Positions 1 through 7,771 of a stretch of 29,718 nt of DNA are shown in pieces (position 1 is the first letter of the stretch; the number at the start of each line of letters is the position of its first letter). This stretch comes from a virus (Duplodnaviria > Caudoviricetes): the IMG/VR virus record IMGVR_UViG_3300032095_000017, positions 1 to 29,718 of that record. One strand, 5' to 3'. Below the pieces are notes generated by a model. It worked only from the letters and a program-made list of their open reading frames with translations, had not been told where the DNA came from and did not search any database. Made by a program: the position numbers and the translations under genes.

Positions 1-55
1 AGGATTTTTCTGTAGGAAAGATTTTAACAAATAATAGTTATAGTGGAATAAAGTT
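1..55 (+). repeat. Terminal direct repeat, copy 1 (circular assembly overlap)
   Basis: aggatttttc...ggaataaagtt is identical to 29664-29718, and the tailspike reading frame runs through the junction. Confidence 0.97.
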
Positions 56-827
56 TGAAAAGTGTGAAAGGTTTGAGGCAAACACCCTTCACTCAGATGG
101 TACTTTTTACTCTCACGGTGTAACGATAAATTCTTGCAAAGATTGGCAAATTGACAAGGTGAAATCGTGGAACTCTGCCGCATCAGGGCTAGCAATTCTT
201 AATGCGGAGGGAGATTGTTGGCGTGGTTATCTTGGTAGTGTGAATGTGGGGATTAATAATAACGATGGTGTAATTGTGTTTACTGAAAATGAATTTACAT
301 TCGAACATATTGAAATAGGGCACCTTGTTTCAGCATCTAACAATGGTCATGGAATAAATGTCAGTGGTGCTGGAGATAATCCTAATTTACCATTTTCAGG
401 GACTGTTAAGATTAACAGGATTTCAATTTCAGGCTTGGCCTCTGGAATGTTTGGAGTATTTAGTAAAGTAACAAGTGACCCAAACAAGGGAGGGGTTACG
501 GTGTCCAAGGGAAGATATACGACAAACCAACCTAATACAATCCCATTTGCAGATGGTGATAGCACTCCTTCAATTGCAACAGTAGTTGATTTTAGTAAAT
601 TAGCAAAGACACAAAATACCGCAGAAACTGTAATCTATAGATTCGATAACTTTAGTGGTGGTGACTATTTTAAATTATTAATTGATGATGATTTCACTAG
701 CTTTGCAAACGGTAGTGGAGATGGTGGGGTTATTATAGAGGGAGAGACGCAAGTTGCAAAAAAGGGTTCGTTATGGGAGTGCCAGTATATTAACCAAAAA
801 TGGTACACAAGCAGAGTATTGGGATAG
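1..827 (+). CDS. Tail fibre/tailspike, C-terminal part (continues from 27977 across the circular junction; about 837 aa in total)
   Basis: Frame is open from position 3 through the listed 159..827 ORF and in phase with 27977..29663; beta-helix-type rungs such as GIKFEKCERFEA and GVTINSCKDWQI. Confidence 0.9.
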   Translation, partial: DFSVGKILTNNSYSGIKFEKCERFEANTLHSDGTFYSHGVTINSCKDWQIDKVKSWNSAASGLAILNAEGDCWRGYLGSVNVGINNNDGVIVFTENEFTFEHIEIGHLVSASNNGHGINVSGAGDNPNLPFSGTVKINRISISGLASGMFGVFSKVTSDPNKGGVTVSKGRYTTNQPNTIPFADGDSTPSIATVVDFSKLAKTQNTAETVIYRFDNFSGGDYFKLLIDDDFTSFANGSGDGGVIIEGETQVAKKGSLWECQYINQKWYTSRVLG

Positions 828-829
828 AA

Positions 830-1372
830 ATGATTACTATCAATACAACAACATTAATACTGAAATCCCTCCGCATCACCGCCAGCCAAGAACTGGCGGC
901 CAAGGATGCCAGTGGCCAGACATCAAGCACAGACAGTGCCGAAACCGGCGCCAAGGCCAAGATGTTGTCAGTGACCGGAATGCTGCCATTTTCTATGGCG
1001 GATCATCTATCTGAGATCTACAGCATGGCCGAGGCGGTGGAAGCGGGCGCCCGCAAAATCTACCGTATCAGCAACCGCACCGCATCGGCGCTTGGCATCA
1101 AACAAGTGCGCTTTGCCAGCAAAATTGAGGCGGTAGAACAGGAAACTACCAGGCAATGGTCGGTGAGTTTTCACCTGCAGGAATACCGATCAGTGCCGCA
1201 AAAAGTAGAGGAACGCCAGCCACAGGCAACAGCCAGCCAGCAAGGGGCTACTGGTGCGCCGGTTGAGCAGCAGGATGCCCCGCCGCAAACAGAGGTGGAG
1301 CTGTCAGGCATGTTTTCAATCTTGAAGCAAGTGGATGACAGCATTGGCCAGGGAGGCTTTGCCAATGTCTGA
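830..1372 (+). CDS. Baseplate/tail-associated protein (HP1/K139-type gene after the fibre)
   Basis: ATG at 830 just after the fibre stop; DASGQTSSTDSAETGAKAKMLSVTG...WSVSFHLQE resembles the conserved post-fibre ORF; synteny. Confidence 0.6.
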   Translation: MITINTTTLILKSLRITASQELAAKDASGQTSSTDSAETGAKAKMLSVTGMLPFSMADHLSEIYSMAEAVEAGARKIYRISNRTASALGIKQVRFASKIEAVEQETTRQWSVSFHLQEYRSVPQKVEERQPQATASQQGATGAPVEQQDAPPQTEVELSGMFSILKQVDDSIGQGGFANV

Positions 1373-2066
1373 GCCTAACGCACGATTTATCACCCGCGCC
1401 TGGCTGGGGGCAAACCAAGTCGAGTTGAAAAGCCACTGGGTACTACTGCAAGCCGATACACCGGGAACCTGCCGCCTGATAGTCAAGCAAAAGGCGGCCA
1501 GGCTAACGCCTGTGGCGTTGGATCTTGGCTGGGGTGAAATGGTAGATCGTGTTTTTTTGGGCTACGTTGACCGGGTCCAGCCAGAGCTGGGCGGCTGGTT
1601 TACACTGTTTTGCCGCGAGCTGTCGGCCATTCTGGCCAATAATCTTAGCGTGATGCTGCGACACCCAACCATGCGCCAAGTGCTGGATGAAATCAGCAGT
1701 CAAACCGGGCTCGAATTTGTTGTACCAGATACAGCCTACACTCAAACCGCGCTCCCGGGATTTTATGCCGACACATCGGGTTTTGCCATGCTTGACCAAC
1801 TCGGCCGCTGCTACCGGGTGCCGGATTTTGTATGGTTTCAGCAGGGCAATGGCAAGATTTATGTCGGCGGTTATGCCGATAGTTTTTGGCACGGCAAGAT
1901 TGTGGACATACCAAAGAAGTTCCTCGAACAGCAAAAGGCGGGTGCCAGCGCTTCAATGATGGCAACGCCAAAGCTTAGACCAAACGCCAGTATCACCATT
2001 GACGGTGCCAGCCATAGATTGCGAGAGTTGGAGATAATGGGCACCAAACAAACACTGAGGTGGTAG
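1365..2066 (+). CDS. Baseplate hub / gpD-like tail protein
   Basis: ATG at 1365 overlaps the previous stop; FVWFQQGNGKIYVG and position before the spike gene. Confidence 0.6.
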   Translation: MSEPNARFITRAWLGANQVELKSHWVLLQADTPGTCRLIVKQKAARLTPVALDLGWGEMVDRVFLGYVDRVQPELGGWFTLFCRELSAILANNLSVMLRHPTMRQVLDEISSQTGLEFVVPDTAYTQTALPGFYADTSGFAMLDQLGRCYRVPDFVWFQQGNGKIYVGGYADSFWHGKIVDIPKKFLEQQKAGASASMMATPKLRPNASITIDGASHRLRELEIMGTKQTLRW

Positions 2067-2067
2067 G

Positions 2068-2808
2068 GTGAAACAGACAATCCTCAAAATAGTGTTGCGC
2101 TTGTTCCCTGAGCTGTCAGCGGGACTACATCTACCGCGCTGGGGGAAAATAGCCGCACTGCCTGAATTACCTTCGCTTGAGGGGGAGCGCCACAGTGACC
2201 CTTTCTATCCGCGCTATGCGGCCGATGTGCAGCTGCTGGATGAGAACGGCAGCCCAACAAAATCCAAACTGTTGCAGGCGGTGCCATTGCCAGTGCCGGG
2301 AATAGGCAGCAAAGCCGGCCGTTTGGAACCGCCGGCCATTGGCGCTTTGGTTGAACTGGGATTTGCCTATGGCAGGCCAGACAAACCATTTATCCGCACA
2401 GTGCTGCCATTTGGGTGGGACCTGCCGGCAATCAAGCCAGGTGAGGTCCGCACCCAAGTACGTGATGGGGTCTATCGTCACATTGATGATGTGGGCAATT
2501 TTGACCACCAAACAGACCAGAACCTTACCGACACAATCGGCAAACTGGCCAAACTGCAATGCCAAACCAGAGAAGTGATCGCCAGTGCGTCACAGGATTA
2601 CCGCAGCCCAAAAACATGGCTGGGCAGTGAAGATGAAAACGTGCTCAAGCTGTTATCTGAACTCATGGGAACGGTAGCCGAGCTGGCAACCATCTGTGCC
2701 AGTCATACCCACAGCACCAGCCCGGCACCGAATGAGGCTGGAGACTTCTCCGGCAAGGCGAGTGCAGCAGATGCACAAAAGGCCAGGCTAGACCCAATCA
2801 CCAAGTAA
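2068..2808 (+). CDS. Baseplate spike, gpV-like
   Basis: N-terminal OB-fold-like region (PAIGALVELGFAYGRPDKPFIR) and a C-terminal HxH metal-binding motif (SHTHS) typical of spike tips. Confidence 0.7.
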   Translation: MKQTILKIVLRLFPELSAGLHLPRWGKIAALPELPSLEGERHSDPFYPRYAADVQLLDENGSPTKSKLLQAVPLPVPGIGSKAGRLEPPAIGALVELGFAYGRPDKPFIRTVLPFGWDLPAIKPGEVRTQVRDGVYRHIDDVGNFDHQTDQNLTDTIGKLAKLQCQTREVIASASQDYRSPKTWLGSEDENVLKLLSELMGTVAELATICASHTHSTSPAPNEAGDFSGKASAADAQKARLDPITK

Positions 2809-2838
2809 ACCATAGACAACCCCGTCTTTACTCGATAC

Positions 2839-2874
2839 CGGCTCAGCTCCCACAAGAAACCTGAGCCGTTTTTT
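2839..2874 (+). terminator. Probable intrinsic terminator of the late tail operon
   Basis: CGGCTCAG (2839-2846) pairs with CTGAGCCG (2861-2868), followed by a T6 tract. Confidence 0.6.
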
Positions 2875-2984
2875 CATATCAGCCCACAGTAACGCCACAT
2901 CCAACAATCAAAACTGACGATGCTGCAGCACAGACGCGGCTGGCTATTCTGGCCACGTAAACCACCACCTACGCAATTCTACGT

Positions 2985-3150
2985 CACGAAATCCGCACTC
3001 TTCCTCACCCTCGTGCGCGGTTTGCACCTCAAATTTTTTTCAGTTTTGAATTTGTTCAGTTTATGGCGCCACCAAGCGCAGACACTGGGCCTTAGAAAGG
3101 ATCGAAGATCTGAAAAGATCGCGGTTAATTTCACTGTTTTACAGTTATAC
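2985..3150. other. Candidate cos/packaging region
   Basis: Non-coding stretch between the tail operon and att; gcactcttcctcaccctcgtgcgcgg resembles P2-family cos; repeated TTCAGTTT(T) at about 3039 and 3055 and a GATC cluster near 3100-3120. Confidence 0.45.
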
Positions 3151-3309
3151 AGGCTGGTCTTAATGGATTGTTGGATTCATAACGTGCTGTTTATTAATGA
3201 AATAGGTTGGTTTTTGTGCGGGTTTTTAAGTGAAGGCCTTTTGCAAGGTAATCGGAAAAGTAAGATCAGAAGCGGGTTTGCTGGACAGTAGAACTGAAAT
3301 TCAGGGGAT

Positions 3310-3359
3310 TGTGGGCACTGGTGGGCAAAAAATTTTTCTGTGTGGGCAATCGGTGGACA
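3310..3359 (+). promoter_or_regulatory. Integrase arm-type binding sites (one att arm)
   Basis: Four direct repeats GTGG(G/A)CA at 3311, 3321, 3342 and 3353, spaced 10, 21 and 11 bp; similar to P2 Int arm sites (TGTGGACA). Confidence 0.7.
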
Positions 3360-3371
3360 AAACCAAAAGAA

Positions 3372-3405
3372 AAGGGGTTAGCGTAAACGCTAACCCCTTG
3401 TTTTT
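3372..3405. terminator. Bidirectional intrinsic terminator next to the att core
   Basis: AAGGGGTTAGCGT-aa-ACGCTAACCCCTT perfect inverted repeat with A-rich and T-rich flanks; would terminate the reconstituted tmRNA after integration. Confidence 0.85.
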
Positions 3406-3568
3406 ATTGGTGGAGGCGGCGGGACTTGAACCCGCGTCCGAAAAACCTACGATTCATCTCCAGTAAATCAGCAAGCTCTAGCCTGTTTCTAACTCCAAAA
3501 ATCCGAATGAGGCGATCAACAATATCTCTTCCACCGTCATAATTCGGGATTTGGTTAATTTTTTCCAT
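3404..3568 (-). pseudogene. cI: Truncated CI repressor (186/HP1 Phage_CI_repr family) fused to the att core
   Basis: MEKINQIPNYDGGRDIVDRLIRIFGVRNRLELADLLEMN matches the 186-type CI N-terminus and is divergent from cox. It then reads RRFFGRGFKSRRLHQ* from the tmRNA sequence; recognition helix and C-terminal domain are absent. Confidence 0.85.
3408..3450 (-). other. att core = 3' end of tmRNA (ssrA), 43 bp
   Basis: Minus strand reads GTAGGTTTTTCGGACGCGGGTTCAAGTCCCGCCGCCTCCACCA: T-arm GCGGG-TTCAAGT-CCCGC, acceptor strand and CCA; matches the gammaproteobacterial ssrA 3' end used by Fels-2-type P2 phages. Confidence 0.88.
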
Positions 3569-3587
3569 CAATTTCGAATGTTTAATC

Positions 3588-3617
3588 TTGACGTAAGTCA
3601 TCAGGTCGATCCATAAT
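3588..3617 (+). promoter_or_regulatory. Early lytic promoter (pR/Pe-like)
   Basis: TTGACG (3588-3593), 18-bp spacer, CATAAT (3612-3617), upstream of cox. Confidence 0.65.
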
Positions 3618-3697
3618 CCCACAAGTTGAAAACAGCGTCATAGTTCACAACAGCCCACCACGGCAACCAGACGCACATTTGCTGAGGATACCACCAA

Positions 3698-3907
3698 ATG
3701 AATGGATTAACACTGCAAGTCCCCACTCCGTTTGTTTCTTATGACGAATTCAGCCGTTTGACCGGTCTGCCAATCAACACCATTAAAAACATGGTGGCAG
3801 ATGGCCGCCTGAAAATTCGCCCAAAAATCCGCGCCAAAGACAAACCCTTAATCAATATGGTGGCCTTGTACCAAGAGGCGGCTGTACAGAGTCAAGTGAT
3901 TGCTTAA
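3698..3907 (+). CDS. cox: Cox/Apl-like repressor and excisionase
   Basis: 69-aa winged HTH (PFVSYDEFSRLTGLPINTIKNMVADGRL...LINMVAL); first gene of the early operon, divergent from cI. Confidence 0.85.
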   Translation: MNGLTLQVPTPFVSYDEFSRLTGLPINTIKNMVADGRLKIRPKIRAKDKPLINMVALYQEAAVQSQVIA

Positions 3908-3956
3908 CCAAGTCATTTGACTGATCTCAGCATCGCGCAAGAGGGAGATTGCCGCC

Positions 3957-4493
3957 ATGTATGCCACCAACACGGTTACACATAAAGCAGGGCAGCCGCA
4001 TATAGCCGGAGCCCTGCGCCAGTTCGCCAACAGTGAAAACCTCACCGACATCGCCTGTCGCAGCAACATGCGGCCGCAGGTGCTGCGCAACAAGCTGCTG
4101 CTGGATCAGCCGCATCTGCTGAGCATTCACGAACTGGTTAAGGTCACGCTGGCCAGCGGTAACCGCGCCATTGTTGACGGCATTCTGCTGGAGCTGGACT
4201 GTGCGCCGTCAATGCCTATCGAGCAAATGGCAGACGATGGCGAAACCTCACTCACCGACCGCGCGCTGGAGATCATCACCAACTCGGCGCAACTGGGCAG
4301 CATTGCCCAGGACGCGAAAGCCCGCCGGGGCGTAACTGAACGCATGCGACATGAAGCCGTGCGCCGCGCCACCCGGGTAATGGGTGAGCTGGCGCTGTTT
4401 GTCCATGAAGTAGAAGAGCGGTTTCAGGCCATTCCTGTGCTGTCGATTGCCGCTGATGTAGTGCAAACCATGCCCACACCGGGCATAGCTTAG
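3957..4493 (+). CDS. cII: CII-like regulatory protein (CP76 family)
   Basis: LRNKLLLDQPHLLSIHEL motif typical of 186 CII; directly after cox. Confidence 0.85.
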   Translation: MYATNTVTHKAGQPHIAGALRQFANSENLTDIACRSNMRPQVLRNKLLLDQPHLLSIHELVKVTLASGNRAIVDGILLELDCAPSMPIEQMADDGETSLTDRALEIITNSAQLGSIAQDAKARRGVTERMRHEAVRRATRVMGELALFVHEVEERFQAIPVLSIAADVVQTMPTPGIA

Positions 4494-4501
4494 GGGGATT
4501 T

Positions 4502-4951
4502 ATGAACTCACCATCCATCAAAACCCGCACCGGCGTTGTGCCGGTCACTGACAACAGTTGCAGCGGAGCCGCCGCCATAAACGCCATGCGGCAAATGCTG
4601 GGGCGTTCATCGCTGGCCAGTGCTTACGAAAAGCTTACACCACAGCAGCGCGCCATTGTGCTTTACGGCGCCCGCATTAAACCCAGTGACGCCATCAATA
4701 AACCGCTGATGTCAATGAGTGAAGAGCAAAGGGAAGCCATTCGGCAAAGCGTAATTGCCCTGGCCGACATGGCGCGGGCCTTTGACGGTATGAACATGGG
4801 GCGGGAGCAGATAATCAGCCGCGGCAGAAAACCGCAGGCAGCCACACAGACAGCAGCCAAGGCAACACCACTGGCAGTACCACAACAGGAGCTGGACAGC
4901 GTGACCAGAATGGCCGCGCAGCTGGCGGGAGAAATGAAGGCTTTGCAATAG
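4502..4951 (+). CDS. Hypothetical early protein
   Basis: 149-aa ORF with RBS (gggggat) in the early operon. Confidence 0.7.
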   Translation: MNSPSIKTRTGVVPVTDNSCSGAAAINAMRQMLGRSSLASAYEKLTPQQRAIVLYGARIKPSDAINKPLMSMSEEQREAIRQSVIALADMARAFDGMNMGREQIISRGRKPQAATQTAAKATPLAVPQQELDSVTRMAAQLAGEMKALQ

Positions 4952-4987
4952 GCCTAAAACGGGAAAGGCCACGTATAAACGTGGCCC

Positions 4988-5251
4988 ATGTCAACCAACT
5001 GGAGTCCAAACCTTATGGCGACACAAATGAGCATAACACCGGCCCTAGCCCTTGTCCACGAGGCAAACGAGGTAATCAAAACCCTCACCCTGTCACACCC
5101 TGCCGGGCGCGACTGCGTTGAATCTGCACTGGAATCACTGGAACAGGTGGCCAGCCAGATTGCACCAACCGTCGCACGCGATATTCACATTCGGCTGATA
5201 GCCCTGCGCAACCGCCTGCATGTTAACCAACTGAATAACCCGGAGGCCTGA
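4988..5251 (+). CDS. Hypothetical early protein (start uncertain)
   Basis: ORF in the early operon; its stop abuts the next ATG. Confidence 0.55.
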   Translation: MSTNWSPNLMATQMSITPALALVHEANEVIKTLTLSHPAGRDCVESALESLEQVASQIAPTVARDIHIRLIALRNRLHVNQLNNPEA

Positions 5252-5252
5252 T

Positions 5253-5510
5253 ATGCAACTGGATATCAATAACCCAACGCACCTGCGCCTGCGAAAGCTG
5301 TTGGCTGACATGGTGGCCAAGCATGCCAGCGCCTTAGAGGCGGAAGACCATGACAAATTGATGGCAATCATTAACAAGTTGCTAGGCATGGAAATGGTGT
5401 TCATGGAAATGCTCAGCGATACCAGTGCATCCTCGGCGATTTTGGAAGTTCTGGCACACATGAACAGATTGACGATGCTGAGGTATGTAGCGGCGAGGGC
5501 AGCAGCATGA
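5253..5510 (+). CDS. Hypothetical early protein
   Basis: RBS ggagg; ATGA overlap with the next gene. Confidence 0.7.
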   Translation: MQLDINNPTHLRLRKLLADMVAKHASALEAEDHDKLMAIINKLLGMEMVFMEMLSDTSASSAILEVLAHMNRLTMLRYVAARAAA

Positions 5511-5728
5511 GCCACGTTGACATTATGAAACGGCTGCACCTGCGGCCTTCTTTTAACTCTGTTATCAGCATTTCCGCCTGTTTCGCCGAGCCTGGGCAAC
5601 GCCGCAAGGTGAGTGCGGAAAAGCGCCAGCAAAACGCTACCCGTAGGCGGATTGAGGAACTTCACGAACTGAGAAGGCAAGCGGCAGAGCTGGGGATTTC
5701 ATTAGAAGAATTAAGGCGCGACTTATGA
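5507..5728 (+). CDS. Hypothetical early protein
   Basis: ATGA overlaps at both ends; basic coiled-coil C-terminus (RRRIEELHELRRQAAELGI). Confidence 0.7.
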   Translation: MSHVDIMKRLHLRPSFNSVISISACFAEPGQRRKVSAEKRQQNATRRRIEELHELRRQAAELGISLEELRRDL

Positions 5729-6855
5729 GTGTTAATCAAAAATGTTTCGAATCGGGAACAGCTAACGTAATCAACGTAAGTGGCGGAAAAGACAGTTTGG
5801 CCCAATGGCTGCTAGCTATAGAGCAAGGCGTGCCAAACATTTTTCCAGTATTTGCAGACACAGGGCATGAGCACCACCTGACCATGGAATATCTGGACAT
5901 GCTTGAGCAAAAACTAGGGAAAATTAATCGAGTAAAAGCAGACTTTACTGACCGGATAAGTAAAAAAAGGGAATACATAAGAGAGCACTGGCAAGAAGAC
6001 TTAATGACTGTTCAGCCTGGTCGTTGGAGGTCATTAACAAAGAAGCCAAAAACTAAAGCACCAACGGATGAACCAACAGATCCATTTGCTTTTTCACAAC
6101 AACGTGGTGAATGGATATGGATTACAGCAATTCCCGGTTTAAGTAGTGAACAGGCAAAAGCCATAGTTGAGAGAGCTATAGCTGCATTAGTCCCCACTGG
6201 CAACCCATTTATCGATCTGTGCCTTTGGAAAGGACGGTTTCCAAGTTCAAGAGCTAGATTTTGCAGCACGGAACTTAAGCATGAGCCAGTGAAGGTGCAG
6301 ATGGTTGAGCCACTTCTTTATCAATACGATGATGTAATTTGTTGGCAAGGCGTTAGGGCGCAGGAGTCGCCTGAACGGGCAGCGTTAAGCGATTTTGAAG
6401 TTGACGTAGACAACACGCCTGGGCTGCATGTTTACCGACCTATATTGAATTGGAAACATGAAGATGTGTTCACCAAGGCCAAACAGCACGGAATTGAACC
6501 AAACCCACTCTACAAAATGGGTTGTTCTCGAGTTGGATGCATGCCGTGTGTCAACGTAAACAAAAATGAACTGAGAGAAATATTCGAAAGATTCCCTGCT
6601 GTGCCTGTGTACATGGACGCCATGGAGAGCCTAGTTTCTGCAGCTAGTAAACGCCAAAATTCAACTTTCTTTTTTTCAGGGACAGACGCGAGAAAGGCCC
6701 AGTATGACACCAGGCTGGTAACTCTGGAGGAGTATGGGTTTTCAACATATCGAGACTGGGCATTTACTAGTCGAGGAGGCAAAAATTTTGACCTATTAGC
6801 AGCAATGACTGATAGGGCTGCATGCAATAGCGTGTATGCGGGGGTGTGCGAATGA
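5725..6855 (+). CDS. PAPS-reductase-family (CysH/DndC-like) PP-loop protein
   Basis: SGGKDS PP-loop, FADTGHE, RFCSTELK, GVRAQES and RVGCMPC motifs. Confidence 0.88.
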   Translation: MSVNQKCFESGTANVINVSGGKDSLAQWLLAIEQGVPNIFPVFADTGHEHHLTMEYLDMLEQKLGKINRVKADFTDRISKKREYIREHWQEDLMTVQPGRWRSLTKKPKTKAPTDEPTDPFAFSQQRGEWIWITAIPGLSSEQAKAIVERAIAALVPTGNPFIDLCLWKGRFPSSRARFCSTELKHEPVKVQMVEPLLYQYDDVICWQGVRAQESPERAALSDFEVDVDNTPGLHVYRPILNWKHEDVFTKAKQHGIEPNPLYKMGCSRVGCMPCVNVNKNELREIFERFPAVPVYMDAMESLVSAASKRQNSTFFFSGTDARKAQYDTRLVTLEEYGFSTYRDWAFTSRGGKNFDLLAAMTDRAACNSVYAGVCE

Positions 6856-7229
6856 GCGACCAAGTTTATTCAAATGAATATCGACAGTTTCTGGCGCTGT
6901 GCAATCGGTGCCTGAAAGTTAAAGCTTACAGCAGCGAAAGAGAAGTCGCCCATGCCTGTGATTACGGCAGCGCCGACAGCATTTGTCAATGTGGCGGCAA
7001 GCGCTGTTGTTGCAGCCATTGCCAACAGGTGATCCGGTTTTTGGACTCGGGGTTATTCAAAGAAGCCGAGGCCGAAATTCAACACATTCTCAAGGGTGAG
7101 GTCATAGCCTGCTGGTCACGAGAGCAGGGAGCCAAAATCGTTGCCAATACGTGCTCATGCCAGGGCAAAACCATTTTATACGGCAGTTGGCGTTGCCCAG
7201 CCTGCGGGCAAGAAAGGAGACCGTCATGA
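6852..7229 (+). CDS. Cys-rich putative zinc-binding protein
   Basis: CNRC, CQC...CCCSHC, CSC...CPAC; ATGA coupling on both sides. Confidence 0.7.
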   Translation: MSDQVYSNEYRQFLALCNRCLKVKAYSSEREVAHACDYGSADSICQCGGKRCCCSHCQQVIRFLDSGLFKEAEAEIQHILKGEVIACWSREQGAKIVANTCSCQGKTILYGSWRCPACGQERRPS

Positions 7230-7771
7230 GCAGCACTCACGGAAAAGTCAGAGCCAATGAGCTCTACCCAACACCGGATAACGTAGTCAGCGCCTTACTG
7301 AACAAACTGCAAATCAGGCCTACGGATCAATTTCTGGAACCCTGCAAAGGCCTGGGCGCTATCTTCAATCAGATTGATTTACCTGCCAGCCAAAAGCACT
7401 TTGCCGAGATTGCCGAGGGCATCGACTACCTGCAAACGCCATTTGGGCAAATGGACGTGATCATTACAAATCCGCCATTTAGCCTGACGGTTGAGTTTAT
7501 GCGCAAGTCGCTGTCAGAGCTGGCACCAGACGGCACCATGGCCTACTTGCAGCGGGTTAACTTTCTGGGCAGTAAAACCAGAGTGCCGTTTTGGGCCCAG
7601 GTCGGTTTTCCCGATAAGACGCCGATCATCATCCCCAGACCTCGCTTTGTGGGTGGCGGCTCAGACAGCTGTGAGTATTGCTGGTTTATCTATGACAGAG
7701 GTAACCGCTTTACCGCTATCCCTTCCGGGCTGAGCCACTTGCTCAGTGATGGAGTCGAGCAGGCCGCCTGA
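7226..7771 (+). CDS. Small amino (N6-A/N4-C) DNA methyltransferase
   Basis: ELYPTP, FLEPCKGLG (SAM-binding motif I) and IITNPPF (catalytic motif IV); ATG at 7226 overlaps the previous stop. Confidence 0.85.
   Translation: MSSTHGKVRANELYPTPDNVVSALLNKLQIRPTDQFLEPCKGLGAIFNQIDLPASQKHFAEIAEGIDYLQTPFGQMDVIITNPPFSLTVEFMRKSLSELAPDGTMAYLQRVNFLGSKTRVPFWAQVGFPDKTPIIIPRPRFVGGGSDSCEYCWFIYDRGNRFTAIPSGLSHLLSDGVEQAA

Noticed and set aside
1-55. 55-bp terminal repeat as biological terminal redundancy or att duplication
   Set aside because: It lies mid-gene and its length equals a common assembler k-mer; it only indicates circularity.
159-827. Stand-alone 222-aa gene
   Set aside because: The frame is open upstream across the junction; it is the tailspike C-terminus.
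3408-3450. Intact tRNA or tmRNA gene
   Set aside because: Only the T-arm and 3' acceptor strand are present; upstream sequence is cI coding DNA.
2920-3466. ORFs 2920..3291 and 3230..3466
   Set aside because: They cross the cos-like region, arm sites, terminator and att core, have no clear RBS and show no protein-like features.
5725-6855. Complete Dnd/Ssp phosphorothioation system or auxiliary sulfur-metabolism pathway
   Set aside because: No dndA/B/D/E, ssp or other cys genes are present; only the shared fold is supported.
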